A DNA stretch of 64,000 nucleotides from Octopus sinensis (GCF_006345805.1 NC_043015.1:28830001-28894000), one strand, 5' to 3'; positions 39,623 through 52,177 are shown, counted from the stretch's first letter. Notes: generated from the letters alone by a model not told the origin. Translations and numbers: made by a program.

Positions 39623-40261
39623 ATGATGACAATGCATATTTTAGTCAACAGAAGTTTGTCCTACATAAGTTATGGCCTTTGGGGGGTAAAAAGTGTATTG
39701 CCATTTATAAAGATAGCCCGTGTTTTCGTTACTAAATATTTTATGTTGTCTGTATACATATGGCTTTTCTGATTCTAAACTGGCTGTAAACCCCAGCTTC
39801 TTCCTTTCTCTTTCTTCCTCCAATCTTTTGTATTTGTTGTTGTCTCTCTTGAAATGTAGCTTCTCTCTTTGGATATGAAAAGACATAATTGTGGTTTTAA
39901 ATGGGAGTTTTCTGTTACGATTATTATTATTTTACCCCATGCACAGGACCTAAACATGTTATACTCGCACACTTTGAACTTGGTAAAAGTTCAAAATTTT
40001 TGCAGCCAGCTCCACAGTTCTGTGAAGCAGAAAAGTTTTTCTGTTTTCCAAGAGAGAAAGCGTGTGAATGAATGAGTGACGAGGTTAAGAGGAGAGAGAG
40101 AGAGAGAGAAGAGTATGAAAAGAGAATGGGACATGAGCTGCTACTGATGAAATGGGAGATGACAGCCTGATTTCATTATTGCTTGGAATTAAAGTTTAGA
40201 AATAGTAGGGCATCGTGCTAAATACCTGAGAGTATTTTGTTTCATGTCTATTCATTTAAAA

Positions 40262-40450
40262 TACTCTCTTTTACTTGTTTGTCATTTTGACTGTGGCCAT
40301 GCTGGAGCATCACCTTTTAGTCGAGCAAATCAACCCCAGGACATACTTTGTAAGCCTAGTGCTTATTCTATCGGTCTCTCATGCCGAACCGCTAAGCTAC
40401 GGGGACATAAACACACCAGTATTGGTTGTCAAGTGATATTGGGGTGACAA

Positions 40451-40484
<34 letters not shown>

Positions 40485-40535
40485 GTGTATATATATGTGT
40501 GTGTGTATATATATATATATATATGTGTATATATA

Positions 40536-40566
<31 letters not shown>

Positions 40567-40577
40567 GTGTATATATA

Positions 40578-40610
<33 letters not shown>

Positions 40611-40621
40611 GTGTATATATA

Positions 40622-40652
<31 letters not shown>

Positions 40653-40708
40653 GTGTGTATATATATGTGTGTGTGTGTGTGTATATATATATAATATATG
40701 TGTATATA

Positions 40709-40740
<32 letters not shown>

Positions 40741-40932
40741 CATGTGTGTGTGTGTGTATATATATATATATGCGATGGGCTTCTTTCAGTTTCTGTCTAC
40801 CAAATCCACTCACAAGGCTTTGGTTGGCCCGAGGCTATAGCAGAAGACACTTGCCCAAGATGCCACGCAGTGGGACCGAACCCGGAACCATGTGGTTGGT
40901 AAGCAAGCTACTTACCACACAGCCACTCCTGC
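40262..40932 (-). mobile_element. SINE A whose central microsatellite has expanded into a higher-order (TA)n(TG)n array (40445-40770)
   Basis: SINE A halves flank repeated units of about 30-40 bp. Confidence 0.88.
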
Positions 40933-41640
40933 ATACTATGTATTTATGTATTATTGGTTCGATTGGTCTTTAGTTCTCTCCCTTCCAAATTCATGGTTTT
41001 GTCCATTTGCAGTAAACTTTGTTTTGAAACTAAATGATATAATCGACAAGAGAGAAGGATGTAGTTTACTCTATAGCTTTAGGTTATGTGTGTGTGTGTG
41101 GCCCCTCTGTCTTGATATCGTGTGCAAGTTAATAAATATCGTCATACAAGGAGTGCTCTTTGTAGCATTCCATGAAAATATATTTAGCCGTTGGGCTGTT
41201 TGTGTTCAAAGGACAATTGTCCATAAAATCATTGGAATTACACCTGAATAATGCAAAGATAAAAAAGGGAATATGAAACTTGATCACACATGCACAGGAG
41301 AAATTTAGGTTGTTAAAATATGTTTGTGACATATTTCAACTTCTAATGGCAAATTCACTGCAGTTACCATGGAGAAAAAAAAATTTTCTTTTATGCAAAG
41401 AAGGTGTAGAAACACCCTATCTGCCCTTTGCTGTCACCTGTCAGATTTCCAGATATATTTATATATATATATTCATTTTTTCCCTCTCAACCGTTTCTCT
41501 CAAAAAGCGTAGGCTTGAAACATTGAAGACTCTTCTTTTCTTCCTGAGTGTCAAACTAATACACCTACCTGTTGTTCCCTCACCTGTCTTTGTCTATTTT
41601 TTTCTGTAAATTTGAATTTTATATATATATATATATATAT

Positions 41641-42028
41641 TCTCTTTTACTCTTTTACTTGTTTCAGTCATTTGACTGTGGCCATGCTGGAGCACTGCCT
41701 TTAGTCAAGCAAATCGACCCCGGGACTTATTCTTTGTAAGCCCAGTACTTATTCTATCGGGCTCTTTTGCCGAACCGCTAAGTGACGGAGACGTAAACAC
41801 ACCAGCATCGGTTGTCAAGCAATGCTAGGGGGACAAACACACACACACATACATATATATACATATACATATATACAACAGTTTCCGTCTACCAAATCCA
41901 CTCACAAGGTATTGGTCGGCCCGGGGCTACAGCAGAAGACATTTGCCCAAGATGCCACGCAGTGAGACTGAACCCGGAACCACGTAGTTGGTTAGCAAGC
42001 TACTTACCACACAGCCACTCCTCCGCCT
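41641..42028 (-). mobile_element. SINE A, full length, ending about 75 bp upstream of the exon acceptor
   Basis: Family motifs. Confidence 0.88.
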
Positions 42029-42103
42029 ATATATATATACACACACACACACATATGTATGATTGTATCATATAATATATATTTTATTTTGTTTCTTTTC
42101 CAG

Positions 42104-42400
42104 AGCTGTCTCACAATGCTAAGAGATAAACGCTATGCGACTAGAAGTATCCAGTCTGAAATGCCTGGGACCTCTTCGGATAATGTCAACTGTGCCTCCC
42201 TGGATTCGGGCCAGGCAGAAGCAACCAGCCAACTACCTCCGTCACAGTTTTTAACACACAATATAATCGGGAATTCTCTTGGCAACGAGCAGTTTAAGGA
42301 GCTGTCGAATGCAAACAAGTCACCATCAGATGTATTATTCAACGACGAGAACAATGGACGACACAACATACAAATGAGGAAATTTGACTGCTATAATCAC
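42104..42400 (+). CDS. Coding exon (99 codons, phase 0/0) of an uncharacterised gene; possible start ATG at 42116
   Basis: Acceptor TTTTGTTTCTTTTCCAG, donor CAC/GTAAGT, non-repetitive open frame SCLTMLRDKRYATRS...FDCYNH, in frame with the exon at 52178. Confidence 0.8.
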
Positions 42401-42465
42401 GTAAGTTCACCGTTATTGTTCTTAAGCTATTGGAATGGTCGAAATGGCAATGGTATCAAATTCTG

Positions 42466-42872
42466 GTGGTGAGCTGGCAGAGATGTTAGCACGCCGGGGC
42501 GAAATGCGTAGCCATATTTCGTCTGCCGTTACGTTCTGAGTTCAAATTCCGCCGAGGTCGACTTTGCCTTTCATCCTTTTGGGGGTCGATTAATTAAGCA
42601 CCAGTTACGCACTGGGGTCGATATAATCGACTTAATCCATTTGTCTGTCCTTGTTTGTCCTCTCTGTGTTTAGCCCCTTGTGGTTAGTAAAGAAATAGGT
42701 ATTTTGTCTGCCGCTACGTTCTGAGTTCAAATTCCGCCGAGGTCAACTTTGCCTTTCATCCTTTCCGGGGTCGATAAGTTACGCACTGGGGTCGATATAA
42801 TCAACTTAATCCCTTTGTCCATCCTTGTTTGTCCCCTCTGCGTTTAGCCCCTTGTGGGTAGTAAAGAAATAA
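42466..42872 (+). mobile_element. SINE family B dimer
   Basis: The second unit starts at the GAAATA/GGTATTT junction. Confidence 0.88.
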
Positions 42873-43542
42873 AAAAGAAATAAGACTTTGGTCATTCCAA
42901 GGACACTTGGCCTAAGCGACAACAATACCCATGCGGTGGATTCATTGTTTACAACGCAGCCCTGTTTGTGTCTTCTTTATACCAAGATTAATAAACATAC
43001 ATACAATGAATGTTAGTGGTTACAAAAGGAAAATTTACCAATTCAGCTCCCTCCCACGTTCTTTTCCTTTGTTTGTGTTTCTGCGTTCATTACCACATTT
43101 TTCCCCACTTTCTACAGTTTAGTTCAACTGTGCAGATTTATGTGGCTATATATAGCCATATGTATGTAACTGACACTTTAAAGTCTTTAATCTATTGTCC
43201 TAATATTCCTGTCTATTATAGCAACAGAAAACCAGTCCAGGATATAGTTTTTCTCAAAACTTGATATGTGCAATAATGGGAAGGAGGTGGAGGAAGAGGA
43301 TGATCTGTCCTTCAGCCAAGAGTTAGCATGTCCGGCTGCATAGGACAGTGTCAGTCAATGAGAAAACCCACCTCTATGTGGTTGTTTGACTTGCTAGAAA
43401 TAGTAACCAAATTTCCCTTAAAGCCTTTGTTCCTGTATTTCTATTGAAATACACTACTTTTGTTTCAGTTAATTTTGATAGAATTTAGTTGAGCAATTTT
43501 GCTGTTATCAAGGCTGGTATTTTGGATCATAAATTTAAAAAG

Positions 43543-43707
43543 CACCCACTACACTCACGGAGTGGTTGGCGTTAGGAAGGACATCCAGCTGTAGAAACAC
43601 TGCCAGATCAGACTGGGCCTGGTGCAGCCTTCTGGCTTCCCAGACCCCAGTTGAACCGTCCAACCCATGCTAGCATGGAAAGCAGATGCTAAATGATGAT
43701 GATGATT
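43543..43707 (+). mobile_element. RTE LINE 3' end
   Basis: GGAGTGGTTGGCGTTAGGAAGG...CATGCTAGCATGG...(GAT)n. Confidence 0.88.
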
Positions 43708-43779
43708 TTATGAAAGGTTTTAATTTTGATCTCTTTAAAACATGAAGTGTGTATCTTAGGATCAGGGCAGTTTCAGGCT

Positions 43780-44232
43780 ACGTATCTTGGACAGGGGTCA
43801 CATTAGAGAATGAAACAGGAATGAGATTATATCTATTCAATGATGGACAGCCTGGGATTGAACATTGGAGGGCAGGCAGTATTTTGATCATGAGATGAGA
43901 AACCCAAATCCTTAATCCTTTTGCTCTCAAAGACAGGGTAAAGAGTAAAGACCCTCTTTGAGGCTCAAGTCCAGGCAAGGTTGTCTAAGGAAGGCCAGCC
44001 GTCGCTCATGCATACCGGCCTTTTCTCTTCACGCCACTGATGTTAACCAAGGGAAAGGCAAAGGGGCCGATACAGCTTGGCACCAGTGATCTCGCAACAC
44101 ATTTCTACAACCGAGCAAACTGGAGCAACATGAAACAAAGTGTCTTGCTCAAGAACGCAACACACAGCCCGGTCTGGGATTCGAACTCACTATCTCGTGA
44201 TTGTGAGCCTGACGCTCTAACCACTGAGCCAA
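43780..44232 (-). mobile_element. SINE family G relative with a longer or different 3' tail
   Basis: tRNA-like head GGCTCAGTGGTTAGAGCG...GTTCGAATCCC. The body is shared with 24195-24540. Confidence 0.8.
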
Positions 44233-44702
44233 TGCAACTCAAAGACAACACTATATAAAGTAAAAGCATTGAAATGTTGCCTTAGGTTGCTGAATGAGGA
44301 GTATGTGTGTGTATGTGTGTGTGAAGTGGTGGGACTATTCCAAGTAGACTTTACTATTGGAGGAACCAGCTATTGAAGTTGACAGTCGTAAGGCCAAAAG
44401 TATAATGATGTGAAGGCAGGGGAAGCAGCTGGGTTTCTCCTTTTCTGTCCCAGCTACTTCCTCTGCTGTCTTATCCTGAATGTATAGTACAGTCACGGAG
44501 ATGCTGAAAATAGCCAGTGAAGTAGGACACCTGCTAATCACTTGTGTAACCAGTCACTCTCTTCTTAATACAAAGGGGTATTATATACCCAGTGGCTGAC
44601 TTAGTGGTTTTTTCAGCTCTAAGAAAAGCTACTAAGAGAAGCATCAAACAGATGGACCAGATTATAAAAGATAATGGAAAGAGTTAGAGTACAACTGATT
44701 AA

Positions 44703-45087
44703 GAAGAGAATTAACTTAGATTAAATACAGTTTGAATTAGTATCGTACCATGCGCTATATCTATAGGTAGTGATAGTAACACTCAATGCCACGAGATGTG
44801 CTGTGTAGCTAGGCCCTTGTTGCTGTAGAATTTGTGAGATTTTTGCAGGATGTAAACCAGTGTCTTGCAAGTCTGAGTAGTATTTAACCCTTTGAAGAGA
44901 ATTAACTTAGATTAAATACGGTTTGAATTATTATCGTACCATGATCTATATCTATAGGTAGTGATAGTAACACTCAATGCCACCACGAGATGTGCTGTGT
45001 TGCTAGGCCCTTGTTGCTGTAGAATTTGTGAGATTTTTACAGGATGTAAACCAGTGTCTTGCAAGTCTGAGTAGTATTTAACCCTTT
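44703..45087. repeat. Tandem duplication of about 191 bp whose end includes the first bases of a MITE terminus
   Basis: Units start at 44703 and 44894, both end in TATTTAACCCTTT, and the second has a 3-bp insertion. Confidence 0.92.
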
Positions 45088-45301
45088 AGTGTTCAGATTA
45101 TTCTGTTAAATGTAATACTTTTTCACTCAAATTGTTTTGAATTAATCATGCATTATCTTATAGCTTTGAGGTTTCAACGATGTGGTTGTTTATTATTAGA
45201 ATATCAATGTAGGTTAGGTGTGAGAGGCTAGATATGGCCAGTTTGAATATAAAACATGTAGAATATTTGGGCCAGATATGACCAGTTTAAACACTAAAGG
45301 G
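45082..45301 (+). mobile_element. piggyBac-like MITE family E
   Basis: TTAA-CCCTTTAG...CTAAAGGG-TTAA. Confidence 0.88.
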
Positions 45302-46535
45302 TTAAAAAGAAAAGAAAAAATTTAATGCACCTTTATTTAGCGATCTTACTCTAAAATTTTTATTGTTTAACTTCAAGTTGGCTCAGATTAGATTTATTTT
45401 TTATCAGACATGCGTCCCAGACTTTTTTAGTCAATGTTTTTTTCGAGATGGTAGAGTATAATTGAGTAGATTTGGCTGCTATTTTTAGCAGGTTGAGCGA
45501 CTACACAGAGGTACTTTTGACACTGGGGAAGAAAGGTTCATGCTTTTGGTTTTAACATTTTCATGTTTTAAGTAGGTGTTTCTCAAATTATATCTTATTA
45601 CCTACATTCCTCGTTAATTGTCCAAACAATTTGTAGCTTTCAAGAAGTATACTGTTTATAGTTTGTCAGAGCCTGGTCATAGGAACATAGTTAACTGTTG
45701 CAATTGCTTAATATTTAGAGCTGGGGGTGGGTGGGGTGGATGCCAAGGCAAGGAAGCAATGAGATTTGTTTGTCCCAACTGATATACTGAAAATTTATCA
45801 AAAACATTTCTCTGGAATGACATTTCAGTGAATTTACAAATAAACCAAAAACCATGATAAAAATAGTTCATTGGAAGTGTTTTTTTTTGTCTTTTTCTTT
45901 AATATGTATTTAGTTTTGCTTTGTACTTTTTTCCTTTCCTCTCTGCTTCGTGTCTTCTTTCTTTTTTTCCAAGAAACATTGTTTAAGACCTTTATTTATC
46001 CCTGCCCACCACTGCCACACAATGCAAATTCTTTTGCATTTCAGATAAGGGGGTAAACAGAGCATTAGTAAAATTATTACTCACAAAACTTTTGACAATC
46101 TTACTGTTTTGACCTAGAAAATTCTGGGCTGTGAATACAAGCATATACACATCCATTTATATTTACATGTGTGTATACATACATTTACACAAAAACCCAC
46201 ACATTTCTCACTCCACATAGGCATACATGTGTCTAATCTATGTAATAGTGCTATAATTTGACCTTTGAAGATCAGAGGTATCAAGTGACAAGCTGTATTG
46301 ATTTCCAGGAATCTGAGTACCAGAAGTTGTGGCAGTTATGCTTTTCTTACGGCCAGTTGTAGGGAGAAAACAAAAAATAATCACAGCTAGAAATTAGGTC
46401 AACTGAGTCGTTTTATTGGAAAATAATTGGAATCTTGACAACATTGCTGGTATCTCCAAAAACATGATGGCATCTTTTTTTATGTCCATTGTTTGCACTG
46501 AGTACAAAACGAGTTCCTACCTACACCTTTCTTAA

Positions 46536-47133
46536 CCCTTTCATTACCAACCCGGCTGAAACCAGCTCTTGTTCTGTGTACAAATGTCTTGTTTTCATAA
46601 GTTTTGAATTAAAATCTTCCACTAAACCTTAGTCACAATTTATGTTCCTAACACTAGCTGAATGATAACTAAGTTATTTTACTAAATTCTTTGTTATATT
46701 TAAAATTAATTGAAAGAAACACAGAGCATCTCAAAATAAATACAGTAACAAAAAAGTTAAGCCATTTCTCAGATGACACTTGGAGTGACTGCTCTGTTTT
46801 CAACTGATCTATAAGTCTTTGGACTCTCAGAATTTTTCCTGGTTTGAAACTGTTATCAAAAATTTTTCAGATTGTGTCTGCGTGTATCTAAGTGTGTGAT
46901 AGACACACATTAACCCTTTCGTTACTGTATTTATTTTGAGATGTTCTGTGTTTCTTTCAGTTACTTTAAATGTAACAAAGAATTTAGTAAAATAACTTGG
47001 TTATCATTCAGCTAGTGTCAGGAACATAAATTGTGACTAAGGTTTGGTGGAAGATTTTAATTCAAAACTTATGAAAACAAGACATTTGTACTCAGAGCCA
47101 GAGCCGGTTTCAGCCGGGTTGGTAACGAAAGGG
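46536..47133. mobile_element. Inverted pair of MITE D copies (46536-46756 minus; 46914-47133 plus)
   Basis: TTAA TSDs, TIRs and opposite orientation. Confidence 0.9.
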
Positions 47134-47612
47134 TTAAGGCATTGAAGTGGAATATTCTTTTGAATGTCAGACAAATACTTCACAGCATCAGTGAGATTCG
47201 AAATTCGAGTGGAGAAAGGCAGACGAAATGCTAACTATACCTTTCATCCTTCTGAGATTGACCGAATATTAGCCCTGCACTGCAAACAATTCTTCTTCCT
47301 TCTTTCTCATTATGCTTTTCTTTCACTTTCTTTCTGGTAAAAATTGGCTGGTTCAAATCTGGAGAGGGATGGGCTCTACAAGTTTTAAAATGCACAAGAC
47401 ACACTATGTATCATGATGGTGCCCCTTACTGCTCCATCTGATGTTGAGGGCCCAAGAATGTATTGTACACATATAGACATAATCTTATGCATCATTCCCT
47501 GTAGTAATGTATATGCATTCTATGGTGGTGATCAGAGCCCCTAAGAGGAATTTTATCAAGTGAGATAGATGCCAGTATATTCTTAGGTACAAGCATGATT
47601 CTGTGTGCCCAA

Positions 47613-48049
47613 CCCTTTAGCATTCAGATTACTCTGTCAAGGGAAATGCTTCTTTATTCACACTGATTTGAATTAATCATGCCTTACCTGAGATTTCAAT
47701 GACGTGATTGTTTATTTTTGGAATAATATTTATTTCTTTACTACCCACAAGGGGCTAAACACAGAGGGGACAAACGGATTGAGTCGATTACATCGACCCC
47801 AGTGCGTAACTGGTACTTAATTTATCGACCCTGAAAGGATGAAAGGCAAAGTTGACCTGGGCGGAATTTGTACCCAGAACGTAACGGCAGACGAAATATG
47901 GCTACGCATTTTGCCCGGCGTGCTAATGGTTCTGCCAGCTCGCCGCCTTATTTTTAGAATAATATTGTAGGGTAAGTGCAAGTGGCTGGGTCTGGCTAAA
48001 ACAGGTAGAAATATTTTGGCCGGATATGGCCAGTTTAAATGCCAAAGGG
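47613..48049 (+). mobile_element. MITE E with a full-length SINE B inserted (47730-47947, -) and an 18-bp TSD
   Basis: TTATTTTT(G/A)GAATAATAT at 47712-47729 and 47948-47965. Confidence 0.85.
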
Positions 48050-48493
48050 TTAAGAAGTTTACTTCAGATTCACATAGTTACGGGTTTGGTCCCACTGTGT
48101 GACTGCTGTTAGCTGGCATTCTGCACTATACTCACATGTCCACTAAATACCTTGTGAGTGAAACCGAAAGATGGAAACTGAAGAAGCCTGTTGTGTGTAT
48201 GTAGAATAGTTCTTTTTTTTTTTTTCTCTACTTTCTATTATATATCCTGTTTTTTAATGTGGTAATGTTAACTCCCACACGTTTTTTGTAATTTTTGTTT
48301 TGTTGTGTTATCTTTTTTATGTGCTATAACACGTCCTTTGATATTGTCCTCCATTGTCTTAGGCCCTTGTGGCCAATAAAAGAAATCATTATTATTATTG
48401 CTAGGAAAAGGTCAACTGACTTATGAGGTTTTGAGTTAGCTGCCTTCATGAGACAGTCTGGTAAAGGCAGCTTATCTGCAACTTTGTACTTAA

Positions 48494-48712
48494 CCTTTTA
48501 GTATTCAGACTTCTGTCAAATGTAATGCTTATTTATTCATATTGTTTCAAATTGATCCTGCATCATCTTGTGACTTTGAGATTTCAATGGTATGATTGCT
48601 TATTTTTAGAATAGCATTGTAGGGTAGGTTTGAGAGGCCAGATATAGCCAGTCTTGAACATAAAACAAGTAGAGCATTAAGGCTCGATACAGCCAGTTTA
48701 AATTCTTAAGGG
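48494..48712 (+). mobile_element. MITE family E, diverged
   Basis: TTAA flanks and family body. Confidence 0.8.
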
Positions 48713-48739
48713 TTAAATCTATTGAGTGATTCTTCAGTT

Positions 48740-48749
48740 AATGCTTTCA

Positions 48750-48825
<76 letters not shown>

Positions 48826-48838
48826 GTAAAATTATCAC

Positions 48839-48931
<93 letters not shown>

Positions 48932-48964
48932 AACTGTAAAATTATCACATATATATATACATAT

Positions 48965-49016
<52 letters not shown>

Positions 49017-49032
49017 ACTGTAAAATTATCAC

Positions 49033-49075
<43 letters not shown>

Positions 49076-49080
49076 TATAT
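48740..49080. repeat. Higher-order microsatellite: three units of (TA)n(CA)n-AAACTGTAAAATTATCACAT
   Basis: Directly visible. Confidence 0.92.
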
Positions 49081-49217
49081 AGATGTACTTGCATAGCGAG
49101 TGACTTGATCTGAGATCGTGTGCTGGAATGAAAACAATTGCAGCGTGGAAGGTGTTTATAAGCCATTTAAGGAACACACAAAAACCGTTATTGATTAACT
49201 TCAACATTTAAATTTAA

Positions 49218-49268
49218 TTTGTCAAAATATTTTCATCGCTTTGAGACTGCGACCTGTTCACTGACAAA
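49218..49268 (-). ncRNA. Minimal type-I hammerhead-like motif with G3:C8 core variant
   Basis: Minus strand reads UUUGUCA-GUGAACA-G-GUCGC(AGUCUCAAA)GCGAU-GAA-AAUAUU-U-UGACAAA. Confidence 0.72.
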
Positions 49269-49379
49269 CTGCATCTGAGAAAGTAACAGTTAGTTCATGA
49301 CTAATACTCACATACATACGTAAGTACATACATACATGCGTATAGGCATGCACATACATACATACATACATACATACAC

Positions 49380-49425
<46 letters not shown>

Positions 49426-49547
49426 ACACACACACACACACACACCACACACACACAACACCACACACACACACACACATACATACACACACACATATAC
49501 ATATATATCATGAACTAACTGTTACTTTCTCAGATGCAGCACGAAGC

Positions 49548-49598
49548 TTTGTCACTGAACAGGTCGCGGTCTCAAAGCGATGAAAATATTTTGACAAA
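49548..49598 (+). ncRNA. Second copy of the same motif with a C3/C8 mismatch (probably inactive)
   Basis: UUUGUCA-CUGAACA-G-GUCGC(GGUCUCAAA)GCGAU-GAA-AAUAUU-U-UGACAAA. Confidence 0.6.
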
Positions 49599-50997
49599 TT
49601 AAATTTGAATGTTGAAGTGAATCTACCGGTTTTTGTGTGTTTTTTAAATGGCTTATAAACACCTTCCACACTGCAATTGTTTATATATATATATGTATAA
49701 ATTATATATACACACACATACACACATATATATATATATATATACATACACACACATATATATATATATAGATTACAGTAGTAGTTTGCGTATTGATATT
49801 GGTATTAACCATTAATTGCTGGTAAGTTATAGACATAGTATACGTAGTAGGAGAATGTGTACTAATTATGGTTATTGTGTATATACTATTAGTTAAAGGT
49901 GGTGGTGGTGGTGGTAGTGGTAGTAGTAGTAAAATACATATATACTGGCCATTCATCGTGTGGGTGTGTGTATTCACTCGTACCAGTAATTATTGGTTGT
50001 AGTAAATACTATAGTATTTTGTATATATGTGCATTCACACATGTCTGCATACACACACACATCATACGCCTTTGTATTGACCAGTGACCGGTTGGTTTTC
50101 ACATGTACTGATTATTGACCTGCGCTACCAGTTGTGTAGTTTTATTGACTGTTGCTACTTCTGTAATGGTCATTTAACTCTAAGTCACTTGCATTGCTAG
50201 CAGTGTGTACTAGTACTTCACTGTTGTCTTGTATCGGTACCAGCCATTTACTGCTTTACATTAGTATTAACCCCTGTTTGTATTAGTATTAGTAACAGTA
50301 ACAGTTCCTTATTTCTTTATTGCCCACAAGGGGCTAAACATAGAGGAGACAAACAAGGACAGACAAAGAGATTAAGTCCATTACATCAACCCCAGTGCGT
50401 AACTGGTATTTAATTTATCGACCCCGAAAGGATGAAAGCAGACGTTAAATGATGATGATGTATATATATATAATACTGACCATTCATTGTAGATTTAGTG
50501 CAGTTACTATCACATGACTGTGCTTACATTGTAGCTAAACCCTATTCTTAGATCATGGGGTGGTTGTGGGTGGGGAGGCACGACTTCTCAGCTCTAGCGA
50601 AAATACCCCTTATAAGAAGCTGGGTACTTCAAATAAACTGACTGCAAACAAACATCTCTGCTTGTCTGACCGAAGTTTAATTGTTAATGTATGATGTCAA
50701 AACTAGATGCACACACAGCAAGCTTCTTTTCAGTTTCCATCTACCAAAATCGACTCTCAAAATGTGGTTGCCCCAGGGTTACAGATCAGAGAAGACACTT
50801 GGCCCAAACTGCTGTATAGTAGGATTGAACCCAATACCACATGACTACAGAGCAAACCTCTTAATCACACTGAATCATGCTGCCCCAAAATAAGTACTTG
50901 CCCAACTTATGGAAAATGGACGTAAATGAAAATACACATTGTGTGTGTGTGTGTCTGTATGTGTATGATTATTTATTTACATAGGCGAGTGGTACCC

Positions 50998-51194
50998 TTT
51001 ACTCTTTTTACTTGTTTGTCATTTGACTGCGGCCATGCTGGAGCATCGCCTTTAATTGAGCAACTCAACCCCGGGACTTATCCTTTTGTAAGCCCAGTAC
51101 TTATTCTATCGGTCTCTTTCGCTGAACCGCTAAGTGACGGGGACATAAACACACCAGCATCGGTTGTCAAGCAATGCTAGGGGGACAAACACAT

Positions 51195-51237
<43 letters not shown>

Positions 51238-51388
51238 TACGACGGGCTTCTTTTCAGTTTCCGTCTACCAAATCCACTCACAAGGCTTTGGTCGGCCCGA
51301 GGCTATAGTAGAAGACACTTGCCCAAGGTGCCACGCAGTGGGACTGAACCCGGAACCATGTGGTTGGTAAGCAAGCTACTTACCACAC
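50998..51388 (-). mobile_element. SINE A, near full length
   Basis: Family motifs. Confidence 0.88.
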
Positions 51389-51589
51389 AAAGATTTTTAA
51401 CTTAGTCTCAAGACCTTATGGAATTGGCTCCAAGTTGTAAATGAAAAACAAAATGAACTCCAGAATGATGTGAACTCAGAACTCCTGAATAATGCAAACT
51501 ATTTAGTACCCCAGCAGTTTTGTCATTCAACTGACCTAGCAGTACTACTACTACTAATAATAATAACCCTCCCTGTTTATAAGCACATG

Positions 51590-52027
51590 GCCTGAAATTT
51601 TGGCGGAGGGGGTCTAGACGGTTACATTGGCCCTCAGTGCTTAACTGGTATTTATTTCATCGACACTGAAAGGATGAAAAGCAAAGTCGACCTCAGCTGG
51701 ATTTGAACTCAGAATGTAAAGATGAAGAGATATGGTTAGCATTTTGTCTGACATGCTTACGGTTCTGTCAGCTCCCTGCTTTACTACTACTACCATTACT
51801 ACTGATGATGACAATCCTCTCTACTATAGGCACGAGGCCTGAAATTTTGCAGGTGGGGACTAGTTGATTGCACTGACCCTAGTGTTTCACTGGTATCTAA
51901 TTTATTGACCCCGAAAGGATGAAAGGCAAAGTTGACCTCAGCAGAATTTGAACTTAGGACAAGGACGGACGAAATGCTGCTAAGCATTTTGCCTGGTGTG
52001 CTAACGATTCTACCAGCTCGCCACCTT
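51590..52027 (-). mobile_element. Two older SINE B' copies (about 51590-51780 and 51822-52027); truncated B at 50306-50437
   Basis: Reverse complement of the B head and central domain. Confidence 0.75.
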
Positions 52028-52177
52028 CAACAAATAATAATAATAATAATAATAATAGTAATCTGTACATGTTCTGACTATTGACAGTTATGTATGAAAG
52101 TTTAAACAATTTATTCTATTTCCATTTAATTTATTAACATGGAATTTTTTTTTTTTTTTCGTTTTTTGACTTTACAG

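Larger units (their letters stand above)
49077..49682. mobile_element. Inverted pair of Penelope-like pLTR fragments (49077-49298 minus; 49509-49682 plus) around a microsatellite spacer
   Basis: About 170 bp of inverted similarity, each arm containing a hammerhead motif and ending in (TA)n. Confidence 0.75.

Noticed and set aside
40397-40973. YI/HT/CV-repeat ORFs (also 2075, 9207, 48734, 49258)
   Set aside because: Translations of dinucleotide microsatellites.
45722-45738. G-quadruplex candidate
   Set aside because: Only three runs of three or more G plus a GG.
52139-52177. ORF-track start MEFFFFFRFLTLQ
   Set aside because: This is the intronic polypyrimidine tract ending in the AG acceptor.
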